Assembly: GCA_046563655.1 (NCBI GenBank)
Contig: CM102284.1
Span: 2,294,001-2,358,000, forward strand
From: Yuukianura sp. NJ FZ-2021
Lineage: Eukaryota
Length of the DNA: 64,000 nt
Direction of reading: 5' to 3'
Shown here: piece by piece, positions 49,601 through 60,838 of the stretch
Position numbering within the stretch: the first letter of the stretch is position 1
How the letters are laid out: each line of letters begins with the position of its first letter
Position numbers and translations under genes: made by a program
The notes under the pieces: generated by a model
What the model was told of the DNA's origin: nothing
Seen by the model: only the letters and a program-made list of their open reading frames with translations
Databases searched by the model: none

Positions 49601-51083
49601 GAAATGCTTTCACTGTACAACAAAAACACTTCACAAGACCCAAAACCAACACTTGACCTTGGATGACCTGCAGGTCAACCTTGTCTAACCCAATGCAGCC
49701 TGGATTCAAACAATTTCCAACTTGAGATAACAATTTGTCAGAATTTTTTCTAAGTTTTCCTTTGTAGTTCCTAATGTTTCTCCTAGGAATGAAATCTTTC
49801 TTTGAACATTAAGAAAATCCTTTGAAAAATTCAACTTTATTCTTTTGAATACGATGTTGTGAATTGCAATTTTCATGTTTTCTGGAAGTTATTTTCTGGG
49901 ATTTCACTCAAGTGTAATGCGTCATTCCAGAATACAGAATTCAGAGGCAGGTTAGGTTTATAACCTACACGCTTTTGTTAGGTTATAACCTACAGCAGTT
50001 ATGTTTGCAACCTAAGGGCTGGGCGGAAGAACTTTATTGCTGAGTGAGGAAACATTCTCATAAAAGTTCCATTAGGTTATGTTAGGGCTTCTTCTGAAGC
50101 ATTTGCATAACAATAGAAGAGGAAATCAGAGGAAAATGATGACGGAGAGAAAGCTTAGAGGGGAAATGTGGGCAAATGCACACAGGAAAGACACATTTCC
50201 CTGAGTAAGTGGAATATTTCTTCAAACCAAAGGAGAATTGGCCCGTTTCTACTTGTATTTGAACAACATAGTAGTCCAATTCCAATCTTCCCCTCTGCCC
50301 CATTTGGATGCAAAATAAGCACAAGAATATTATACAAAACGATTCTCATTCTTTTTCGGAACAAAAAGCCATTTCACTTTCTACGCCTTCTTTTGAGTAA
50401 CTTTTTTTTTTGTAAAGTCGTGGAAAAGGGACAAAAAAAGTTGGCTCAAATTAAGTTTTTCTTAAGCACGTTTCATGGTCGAATTCCAATTAATTTTCCC
50501 CTTTTTTAATGTTAGTTTTCACTTATGTTTAAAAAAATCTATAGTGTATCGAGCCTCTGATTAAAAAATTAGCAGGAAATTTCTCAACTTGCTACGTAAT
50601 GAAAAAAAATTCATGAAATTTTACAATTATTGTAAAATTTTATGGTCGAAGACATTGAAGGCGACTAAAAACCTCTTCTGTGTAAACAACGTTAATTTTG
50701 AGGAATGGATAAATGGACAAGTAAAAAAATGTAGTATTCTTGAATTGATTGATGACAGACATACAGACAACGTCGATGCTAAAAGTAGCTACTTAATGTA
50801 GGAATTGTTGTTGTTTGTAGTTTAAAAAAATGTCGCTACGCTTCAACTTTAGTTTCTGTCCAGAGACTCACAAATCTAGAAACTACAGAGTCTGTAGAGT
50901 CTCTCGACACTAAAAATTTACTATGTACAAAGCGTATCGCCTCCTTTGTTCTAGCTTTTTAGAAGTAATTAAGAGTTTCCAGCTCCGTCAAGCGTTTCCT
51001 CCAAATTTGTTTTCCGTAATTTTAGAGCTAGTCTCTTTCAATCTCCTTTGTTTCGGCTTTCAGAGCTTTAAAAAAGAATTTTG

Positions 51084-51435
51084 AAAAGTTTCAAATTTCT
51101 CCAGTTCCAAGTTGATGAAAAACTGAAATATCCATTTGGAAAACAAGAAATTATGGAATTTAGAAGTGGATATTTTAATTGAGCTTCTGAACCTCAGCGG
51201 TTCTGTTCTGGAGCAGGGTCGGAGCAGACTTTCTCTTCATGATCCGATTCCACTGTCTTCCAATTTACATAAATCCCCGTCTCCTCTTCTGTTCCTAGTT
51301 TAATTCGGGACAATGGAGGTCATCAGAGGTCAACTGGTGCTTGATCTAAGGGGAATCTGCGTTGTTTTCTATTTTGTTCAACCAAATTAGCTGAGGAGCT
51401 TGACGCAGTAAGCATGTGAATCAAAGGAAAAGTCT
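51084..51435 (+). promoter_or_regulatory. Duplicated non-coding element, copy 2, containing DR4 AGGTCA-TCAG-AGGTCA (51317-51332)
   Basis: Shared blocks such as GAAAACAAGAAATT, TTTTAATTGAGCTT, GCAGACTTTCTCTT, ATTTACATAAATC, CAACCAAATTAGCTGA, GCATGTGAATCAAAG. Confidence 0.55.
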
Positions 51436-52311
51436 ACAGACGAAGAGCTTTTCCTGGGAAACGTTCACACAGAGCAGAAATCAAAGCATGCTGCGTTCTA
51501 GCTACTTTGGTTCCTTTGACTCCAAACGTAATCCCTGCTGCTTTCTCATGAGGATTTTCGAGACTAAGATCCCTAAGACACTTGATTGCAAGTTAATAAG
51601 GTAAAAACTTTCATTAGGTAGGTCTATTTGCATACTGTTTAATTTAACAGGTAATTACTATTATAATTTAAAACGAAAAAAACAAACTTTAATTTCTCCC
51701 TGTAAGTCTTTACCAAACATATTTTGTGTAGTATATAGACAAAGAAGCTTAGAATTTTTTAAATCTATGCTTACATTCTTTTAATTCTCTCAACAATTGA
51801 CATTGTAGGGCGTCGGGATCAAAGGTCAACATGCTAACATACACAGTGCATATAGGCTAAGCAAGCTGGCTGCTTTGATGATGAACCTGAATTGTGGAAA
51901 ATTAAACACTTCAATGATAATGAATTTCAAAGAATTCATTATCAACAACTACGTAACAACAAAAAGAAAATAGTAAAGCACCACCAAATCGATGTTTGAT
52001 CTCTTACATTATGTTTCAAAAGTAGATTATCGTACAAGTTCTACATACTTGTTTCGAGCCACCTATTTCATGTAGTTAGAAATACTACTATACGCAATTT
52101 TTTCGAATGAATTCCGTATTTTTTTTGTAAGTTGATTATTAAGGTATCTCATAACCAATTGAGCATCAAACGCAGTCTGTTGTAAATTTTAGATAAAATA
52201 TTTAGTGTGAGCGTTTTTTTCTGAACTTTTGAACTTAGGCAGCGATTCATAGCCTTCATTAGTGTATCTGGTACTAAATCCGGTTTTTAGCAATAGAATA
52301 GCAAATACAAC

Positions 52312-53547
52312 ATGACTGGTAGAGAAGATCTCGCTATGTTGATTGATTCTATCCAAGAGGCACATCGTACTTACCAAAATCCATTAATTTGGAACAGTAG
52401 TACAGAATGTTTTGTCTTGGACAAATCAAAACGGTATAGAACTTTGGCGTTTTTTATTTTTCTTTGCAATATACTTAGCGTCTTGTTCATACTTGGACTT
52501 GCATGGATCAACTACAAAATACGGCTTAGCCCTGTGTTTTCGGTTATTTGTTTTGGATTTGCTTGTGGCGGGTGCCACAGCGTAAGCACGGACTACAATG
52601 CCATCTACAATGAAGAATGCTGGCTGAACATAATCAGCACGATCATTTTTATCTTCAAGTTGAAACCAGGTACCTTTTGCATTAAAAAAGGCGTCAAAAA
52701 TGGAATGATTTTCAAATATAAAATTTCAAGCACTTTTCTTACTACAGGGCAACTTCTACACGTTCCTGTTTCAGAAAACCGCGTTCGATTGATGCGGGTT
52801 TTCACTACAGGAGCAAAACTTGCTTCGTTTTTGTTTTATATTTCCTTGTGCATAATGTGCTACCATGACACATACATTTTGGTTGAAAACATAATGCGCT
52901 TCATGGGTAAGTACACGGGTTCCGCTAATTTTGCGCCTCCTTGCTGGGTACCAGAGCTCGTCACTTTTGGATTTGGATTTGCTACTGGCATACAAATGTA
53001 TCTCATGACATACAAGTACGATCAGTACGTCAATATTGCTCTCCTTGCAACTAATCCTGCTGTATTTTGGTTGTCTCCTGACAAACTACTCAGCCGCCTC
53101 AAGCAAACAAAACTTCCGAGTTTGGAGATAAATCGTTACCGTTCATTTCAAGTGTTGGCTGAGATCGTAAACCAGTTTGTGTACTTACCAATGGCATCTT
53201 TTGTGGCAGGATTTACAGCTTTTGCCTCACTATATTACGCTGTTAGTTTTTACTTTGGATTGCATTCAATGTTATTCATAGTTATATTAGTTACCCTTAT
53301 CTTGGTATTCTTTAATATATCCTTGGCCGAGGCTGCAATTGCTCATACGTTCTCAAAAGAGTGTATTGTTGAACTACGGAAAAAGTGTAGGAGAATGCCT
53401 GTTCTGGAAAGACAAGTCAGGTCTTTGCTGCCAGTGTTCCTAAGATGTGGCCCAGTCAATTTTATTGATCGTGGAATGATTGTAAAATCAAATGAAACTA
53501 TTGTCAATTACATGCTCACAACACTAATTGCACTGCAGGCGTCCTAG
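52312..53547 (+). CDS. Multi-TM chemoreceptor-like (divergent GR/OR-superfamily-like) protein, paralogue 1; probable 78-bp intron 52670-52747
   Basis: About 7 hydrophobic segments; YRSFQVL..VNQF and C-terminal RSLLPVFLRCGPVNFIDR..TIVNYMLTTLI. The intron is inferred from the matching position in paralogue 2. Confidence 0.65.
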   Translation: MTGREDLAMLIDSIQEAHRTYQNPLIWNSSTECFVLDKSKRYRTLAFFIFLCNILSVLFILGLAWINYKIRLSPVFSVICFGFACGGCHSVSTDYNAIYNEECWLNIISTIIFIFKLKPGTFCIKKGVKNGMIFKYKISSTFLTTGQLLHVPVSENRVRLMRVFTTGAKLASFLFYISLCIMCYHDTYILVENIMRFMGKYTGSANFAPPCWVPELVTFGFGFATGIQMYLMTYKYDQYVNIALLATNPAVFWLSPDKLLSRLKQTKLPSLEINRYRSFQVLAEIVNQFVYLPMASFVAGFTAFASLYYAVSFYFGLHSMLFIVILVTLILVFFNISLAEAAIAHTFSKECIVELRKKCRRMPVLERQVRSLLPVFLRCGPVNFIDRGMIVKSNETIVNYMLTTLIALQAS

Positions 53548-54157
53548 GGCGTTTAAAGTATGGCTCATCTAGTAACACTTGTTAAGATAATACTGCCTAA
53601 ATTGGGCACAAAGATTACGTTTTAGTGATGTAGATTGCAGCAGTTATAGTATACATTACAATAACACTATAACCACTATGCAAGACAGAGATATTTGTAG
53701 AATATGTATATAGTAAGAAAGTGTATAGCATATACATAGAATACATATAGGTTAGGTATGAGCAAGGTATCTCAATTTCAAAATTCTGAATTCGTTATCA
53801 GCAGCAAAAAATCTTGATCAAAACAATGTTCATTTAAAGCACCACCAAATCGTTGTTGGATCCCTTACATTATATTTCAAAATTGAATTACCGTGCAAGT
53901 AACTACTTGTTTCGAACCACCTATTCCATGTATACTATTACACTAAAAATGTTGTAAGAATCAAATTCCACTTTTCTGTAAGTTTATCATTCAGGTACAC
54001 CATAACCAGTTGCGTAACAAACGCGGTCGATTGCAAAATTTGGTAGAAAATATTTAGCGTAAGACACTTTTTCTGAACTGCTTAATTCACGCAGTGGTTC
54101 ATGAGATCTTCGTATTACTAATATTAAGTTCGTTATAATAGTAATTCCATAAACAAT

Positions 54158-55439
54158 ATGAATGTTAGAGAAGATCTCACCCTGTTGCTTCATTCTATCC
54201 AAGCGGCACATCGTACTTACCAGAATCCATTAATTTGGAACAGTAGCACAAAATCATTTGTCTTGGACAAATCGAAACGATATCGAATTTTGGCATTTTT
54301 AATTTTCCTGTGCGATATTCTGAGCGTCTTGATCCTACTTGGACTTGCATGGATCAACTACAATTGCCGGCTTAGTCCTCCCATTTCAGCGCTTTTGTTT
54401 GGATTTGCTTGTTACGGGTGCCATAACGTATGCACTGACTACAATAACATCTACAATAAAGAATGTTGGTTGAATATAATCAACGCGGTAATTTCTGTCT
54501 TCAAATTGAAACCAGGTACTTTCGGCATAAAAAACAAACATCTAAAAAATAACATAATACAACTTAAAAAAAAACAACAACATATTTTCAAATAGGCAAG
54601 TTAGGCAAGAATGTTGAAGCATTTTCAATTGTATAGGAAAACCTCTACACGTTCCGGTGTCGGCAAACTGCTTTCGATCCATGCAGATTTTCAATTCCGG
54701 AGCAAAAATTTCTTCGATTTTATTGTACATTTTTCTCTGCGTTATGTTCTACCATGACACATACATTTTGTTTGAAAATCTACTGCGCTTCATGGTGATG
54801 TACATAAATTTTGCAAATTTTGCACCTTGGTGGGCACCTGGGATGGTAACGTTGGGATTTGCATTTTGTGGTGGTGTACAAATATACCTCATGTCGCACA
54901 AGCAACTTCAATACGTTAATGTTGTTCTCATTGTAAAAGGCTCTGTTGTATGTTGGCTGTCTCCTGACGTACTACGCAGACGTCTCAAGCGAACACGTCT
55001 CCCATGTTTGGAAATAAGTCGCTACCGTTCAATACAAGTTCTGAGTGCAATCGTAAACCAGTTTGCATGCTTACCAATGGCATCTTTTGTGGCAGGATTT
55101 ATTGCCTTTGCATCAACGTATTACGCTGTTGGGTTTCAGTTTGGATTGCATTCTATGTTTTTCTTAGTTGCATTAGTTACACTTATTTTGGTATTTTTTA
55201 ATATATCTTTGGCTGGCGCTGCAACTGCTCATACGTTTTCAAAAGAGTATATTCTGGGACTACGTAAAAAGTGTAGGAGAATGCCTGTTCTAGGAAGAGA
55301 AGTTCGGGCGTTGTTGCCAGTGTGCTTAAGGTGTGGCCCAGTCAATTTTGTTGATCGTGGAATGATTGTAAAATCAAATGAAACTATTGTAAATTACATG
55401 CTCACAACACTAATTGCACTGGAGGCGTCTAAAGTGTAG
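54158..55439 (+). CDS. Multi-TM chemoreceptor-like protein, paralogue 2; exons 54158-54515, 54637-55439
   Basis: Highly similar to 52312-53547 (AHRTYQNPLIWNSST..., LRCGPVNF.DRGMIVKSNETIVNYMLTTLIAL); 121-bp GT-AG intron. Confidence 0.7.
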
Positions 55440-55734
55440 ATCGAGGTTAAAAATTATTTAAGATAATGTTGCAAATTGAGCTTTTTTAATCCATAGATTA
55501 GAATAACACTACGTAAGGATAACACTATAACACTAATATACAGGATTGACATATATTAGTAGAAAATATACGGTACAATTAATAAACCGATTGCAGACTG
55601 TATATAAATAGTCGTAGCATATGTCATTAGCCTGAAAAACTTAAGCGCTAATTCGGCTAGTCGGCAACAAGGAAACAATGGACCGCTGCTGCAGTTTTGT
55701 AAGTATACCACTTTAATTTGGTTCTAATTTGAAT

Positions 55735-58112
55735 TTAGACAGGGTTCCCGCTCCACGCCTCCACTTCTTCCATAAAGAACTGAGCAAAAATAGTTGCACT
55801 TACTTCTTCTTTGGATACAATTGACTCATCCAGTTGCAAAACGACACGAACGCCGTCTTTCAAGGTTATGGCGACGCATGAAAATCCACTCCCACCTGCA
55901 AAAAAAAAAAAAAAATAAAAAAAAAATTCCAGAATAATTTTTTTTTGTGAAAATTCGGTATTCCAAATCTTTTTAATTTTGAACAAAACGTATGTCAAAA
56001 TTCGTCTTACCAGCTTGTACATTGCTCAACGAGAACACAGTCCGCAGTCGATTTAGGCCTTCTTCAAGCCAAATATCTCGATCTGCTATCTGTAGTAGAA
56101 GAAAAAAGTGAAAACCACCATAACATAAAGGAATACTATAAAAGCCTACAGTAAAATTGAATTAAAGTTATGTTGGAATTAAAGTTAAGGCATATATGTT
56201 ATAAATTAAGTTAGTCATGTGTACAAGCACTTACGATAGCATTTGTTAGAACAAAAACTCCTTCTGAAAAGGCATCTGACGGTTGATCTCTGACGCAGAC
56301 GCAGAGGGAACCCAAGACGCCCATACCATTGAAAAGAAATTCGCCGCTACCAGAAGATTTTTCACGCCGAATTTCTGCGTCAATTTCCTTGAACAACTCA
56401 GCCCCTTCTGAATGTAGGGCAACCTCAATTCCCAACAGAGTACTAATTAATAAAGAGTGTTTTTCTAAAATTAACGAAATTTGTTTAAAAGAGTTTTGTA
56501 ACTTAAGTATCTTCATAGTTCATACTTGTGGTTCCGCATTTTGACTTGGGGGTGACCAGGAACTAGGTACGTTGCCGCACAAACGAGTTTATCCGGAACG
56601 TCGTAACCTGCCATCAAAACAAATCTGGCGTAAGCTCTGACAAGGAGCGTAAAAATTACTGCAGTGAAGCACACGTCCTGCGACCTCCGAATTTTCTTGA
56701 TGACCTCCAGTGGAATAGTTTGTGTGAGGCCTACATTGCTTTTGTGTGATAATGGTTTTGGTTTAAGTGAATCACGAATGTACCACTGGTTAGCTTTTTT
56801 CCGTCGACTCATAGTTTTGTGCATCTCTAAAGGGCCGAAGAAGTAACGATAAAGCCGGGTCTTGAACCCCGGCTTACTGCAGTCGTCTCTGGTTTGGTAG
56901 TCGCAGTATCCAGTTTGCTGTTGTCATATATACAGAAAAGATCTTGCAAAATCGTTCCTAAAGTTGTTCCATCCCCTGTCAAAGAAAATTTTAGTATAAG
57001 TGTTTCGGGTATTTTCCAGAATTAGGATACGATTCTTAAAAAGCAGCGGATGTTAGCGTTAGTACACAACAAGGTTGCTATAACAACCAATTGCGTTTCC
57101 TACAACATGTTGTTCATTAACTACGAGTTTTATAAAAATTGAGTCAAAACGACTTTTTGAACCAATTCCCATTACATTACATAATACAAATCACTACAAT
57201 AGAAAAAGTACGGCGAAGCCAGTTTTGCAAATTATTTAACAAAATTAAAAACCTCGAATTANNNNNNNNNNNNNNNNNNNNNNNNNNNNNNNNNNNNNNN
57301 NNNNNNNNNNNNNNNNNNNNNNNNNNNNNNNNNNNNNNNNNNNNNNNNNNNNNNNNNNNNNTCGAATTAGTGAATAACCTGTTGTAGAACAAAAAATCTG
57401 CTTGTTTACCAGCTTTGGTACACAAGTAATTTAAGTTTTTGTAAGGTTAGGTTAACGATTACGCCAGAATGAGGTTAAGTTCTGATCCTGCATTACCTAG
57501 AACATGATGCACTCGTAGAATGAGAAGCGTTCCTGAATAACATGTAGATGAATCCGATCCAAAAATTGGCGTGTCCTGAAAGTTATTGACCACAAATAGC
57601 TCCCATGGTGATTGGCCTTTGATCCAAGGCCGTCTGAGCACTTTTTCTTCAAAAACTTGTAATATTTCTTGTGCAATCTTGGGTTTCTGATCCCAAGTTG
57701 AATCAATTTCTAACAGCTTGATGTGATTTTCAATTTTAAAATTTTCTTCCCATTCCCAAAAATAGTATCCGAATTTAAGCAACGGAAACTGCTGCAGCTC
57801 CGATCTTAATAATTCTCCAGCCGAATCTTTTCTTAGCAATACTCGCGTTTCAAAATATTGTCGCAGTCGTTGTAGCTCTACAATCCCTTCCACTCCAAAC
57901 AGAAGACCAACGTTGAAGTCCTTGGAAACGTCACGTTGCAAAAACATGGCACTTCGCGGAGGAATGATTCTGTGAATTTTGGAGTTGAAAAGTGGGACTA
58001 GTTTGCTTAGCACAAATCGATACGCGTAAGTCAAAATAAGAAACGGAAGACATGTGAAAATAATCAGAAGCCAAATGACGCACGACACAACACAACTCGC
58101 AACTGTTCCCAT
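55735..58112 (-). CDS. HHxxxDG acyltransferase (wax-ester synthase/DGAT-like) with an apparent frameshift near 56870-56930 (pseudogene or assembly indel)
   Basis: N-terminal TM, SPWELFVVNNF, RVHHVL-G|GDG across intron 57496-56976. The exon-2 frame stops near 56827, while the homologous RYFFGPLEM continues in another frame. Later exons run to the stop at 55735. Confidence 0.7.
57262..57361. other. Assembly gap (100 N) inside an intron
   Basis: Run of N flanked on both sides by TCGAATTA. Confidence 0.98.
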
Positions 58113-58957
58113 TACGTCACTAATCGGGAAATGTCGCAGCAGGGTAAACAAAATGAACTGCAGCCAGTGATTGTTGTGTTATGTTAGGTTACGTTTACTT
58201 TCTAGTTGTGTTTTTGCAGGTTGTTGATGGAAGGAGTTCGTGATTCAATGCTTTTTATAACCATTGACCTCACTTTTGAAGTCTAACAGGATCCACTTTT
58301 AGAGAAACTATTACAATTTCTTATACAATTTGTAACCTGCTCAACTTGTTTTTTTTTTTTTTGAAGTTAGCACGACACCTTAGCACAGGCATCGTGGTAA
58401 AATATTTTACCATCGGAAATTAAGTTCCAATGTTTGAAAATAATGATAAAGCTTTGTTTTATTTTGTATAATTTTAAATTATTTTGAATTTTGCAAAAAA
58501 TTTAAAGGTTAAATTGGAGTACAGTCCCAAGTTGCCAATACACAGTGATTACATGATGATATTGTTAAGAAATAGCGGTGAGTAAAGCTTGTGTTTTTGG
58601 ACAAGATTTACACAAAAATTACTCAGCCAATTCTCAACGTGTAAACTGCAATGTTAACATGAAGAAATTTAATGCGCGTGTAAAATATGATGTCAACGCG
58701 TTGCACAAACCGCACGTTTACTGTGATGTACTTGCGATGAATCAATGCATCATTTTTCGATGCCAAAATTTATTTGCAAAATATGCATAGAAAACATTCG
58801 TTATATTTATCGAATATGCACAGAATTGGTACAGCTTGGTTACACATATTTTATTCACTGATTATACGTTGCAAAGTTACGCATTTACAAAACACTAGTC
58901 TTGGCATTAAAAATTAATTAATAGTATTAACAAGATAATTCAATTAAACTAGAGTTA

Positions 58958-60838
58958 TTACAAAACAGATCCTGGCGTATTAACCAATGGAATGCAAAAA
59001 TACATCTCTTTGTATGGGAGGGCTAGACACTTTTTAACTAAATGTGCACGACTTATGACGAAGTGGTCACTTAGATCTTTAACTAAATATATTCCAAATT
59101 TACTGCTGTCACATGAATAGCCTTTTACTTGTTGCTTACACTTAAACTTTCGAACTAAAAAATTGAACTCGTCTTGCACGCTCTCAACAAAACAAACATC
59201 ATTCGACAAAGTCAAAACACATCTATCTCTTAAAGAATTCGATATTTTAATAGCCACCGGCGGTTTGGAGGTCATAAGATTTTCTCTTTCATAAATTCTT
59301 TTGACTATTTGGTTCAACGAGAAAGTCTTGGACCTCAATAATCTTAGCAAAACTTGCATATGATTTTCAAATTCAAATGCGCTAAATTCATCCAAACTTC
59401 CTTGATGTAGGCACTCTTGCGGCAAATGTATTATTGAGTGCATGTTGTAAGTCAAGAAGGATTTACTGTAAATCGTTTTAACGTTTTGAACAAATTCTTT
59501 TAGCATGAAAGAGACGTATTCTAACCAATCTCGCGAAACCGAAAGGTCATGACACAGAATATATATTGATAAATGAAACATTAAAAAGTGATTGTACTTT
59601 TCCTTTTCAAGTATGCCTTTCAGAGCTACTGGACCTACATATAGCAAAAACAATCTAAGTTCAGTAGCTTTGAAATGTTTTAGCTCTTTAAGTGACCTAG
59701 GTCGTCTTGCAAACTCGGTTGGAATGTATTGCTTAAAAGACACCAAACGATCTGAAATTTGCTGAAGCTGTCTACGAGAAAGCTTAAACCCACCTTCCGT
59801 CCATATAAGTAGTAATCGTCGCATAACCCCTAGACAACAAAGATGCATATAGTCCAGCGGAAATCCGTGGACCATATCTATCTGCAACTTAACAAATGGA
59901 GAAATTCCAGCGTGGTGTTTCACATAACCTTGAGATCGAAATGTTGGATCCGTATAAACCTCTCTGTCGAATTTTGTGAAAATAACTTTCCTATCCCACT
60001 TTCCCTTGGTGTAACACCTCTCGCAACCATAGTAAGCGTTATGAGACTTTACACATTTTATAAAGCATCTAGCAGGAGCATCAGCGATTACAATTAGCTT
60101 CAACGAAATCTCACTACCTAGTAATTTAATTTTTCTAGACTGGAGGACGTACAACTCTTCAACTAAGTCGTGTAGAAATTCATCAACACTCCCTGGCTTT
60201 CCCTGACCAAAGAAAACTGCAATAACAAAAACATTTTTGAGTGGGTCTCCACCAAGTGTGCCTAATACAGGCCAGAATTGCAAATTTGAACTTTTAGAAA
60301 GAGGGAGTCCATCAATTCCTATTTTCAGCAAAATCTCATCATCACCAGTACCTTTGCATTTATAGAAAGAGGGTAAATATTTCCTAATATTGCATTCAAC
60401 TCCAAAATAAAAGTATTCTCCACCAGAAATATGTTGAATTGCCAAAGTTCGGGGTGTTTTTAAAAGTGTTCGTGAATCTAACGGAAAATTCTCCTCTGGT
60501 AACCATTCACTCAAAATTTTCAAAAGTTCAGACACGGACTTGGACGTTATGTTGTTGCGAAGAGCCCAGTTCGAGAGTACCTCTAACTTGGTGTTTGAAC
60601 TTTTGAAAATTTCCTGATTAACATCAAGTGCGAAATCTAATCTCCGAGGTTCAGGCAACGTACAAACTATTTGAGGGGTTGTTACCAAAGAAATTTGTGG
60701 CTGGTCTGTGGAAACTTGTTTTGCTACGTCTGATTCAGTTTGAATGTGGTTCCTGCTGATTGACTCCATTAGCTGCTGCACCTTCTTCTGCACCCTCCTG
60801 ATTTTGGTTGTTCTGGGTGTTTCCAGGTTTCCGCTCAT
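58958..60838 (-). CDS. Transposase of the EnSpm/CACTA-like element (uninterrupted ORF)
   Basis: LKIGIDGLPLSKSS..FWP, ADAPAR..K..H..YYGCERC, PLDYMHLCCLG, KATELR.FLLY.GP, YNMHSIIHL, FSAFEFEN motifs typical of animal EnSpm-like transposases. Confidence 0.88.
   Translation of the reverse strand: MSGNLETPRTTKIRRVQKKVQQLMESISRNHIQTESDVAKQVSTDQPQISLVTTPQIVCTLPEPRRLDFALDVNQEIFKSSNTKLEVLSNWALRNNITSKSVSELLKILSEWLPEENFPLDSRTLLKTPRTLAIQHISGGEYFYFGVECNIRKYLPSFYKCKGTGDDEILLKIGIDGLPLSKSSNLQFWPVLGTLGGDPLKNVFVIAVFFGQGKPGSVDEFLHDLVEELYVLQSRKIKLLGSEISLKLIVIADAPARCFIKCVKSHNAYYGCERCYTKGKWDRKVIFTKFDREVYTDPTFRSQGYVKHHAGISPFVKLQIDMVHGFPLDYMHLCCLGVMRRLLLIWTEGGFKLSRRQLQQISDRLVSFKQYIPTEFARRPRSLKELKHFKATELRLFLLYVGPVALKGILEKEKYNHFLMFHLSIYILCHDLSVSRDWLEYVSFMLKEFVQNVKTIYSKSFLTYNMHSIIHLPQECLHQGSLDEFSAFEFENHMQVLLRLLRSKTFSLNQIVKRIYERENLMTSKPPVAIKISNSLRDRCVLTLSNDVCFVESVQDEFNFLVRKFKCKQQVKGYSCDSSKFGIYLVKDLSDHFVISRAHLVKKCLALPYKEMYFCIPLVNTPGSVL

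Noticed and set aside
35985-50801. Numerous 60-160-aa Phe/Lys/Leu-rich ORFs in the gene-poor region
   Set aside because: Composition reflects poly-A/T DNA; no motifs recognised apart from the 40271 IGFBP exon.
56852-56875. AAGCCGGG...CCCGGCTT hairpin resembling an intrinsic terminator or frameshift stimulator
   Set aside because: It lies in a eukaryotic exon with no clear slippery heptamer or U-tract; a 51-nt intron over it does not restore the frame.
57254-57369. TCGAATTA on both sides of the N gap, resembling a TSD
   Set aside because: Most simply a contig-overlap or scaffolding artefact; the gap content is unknown.
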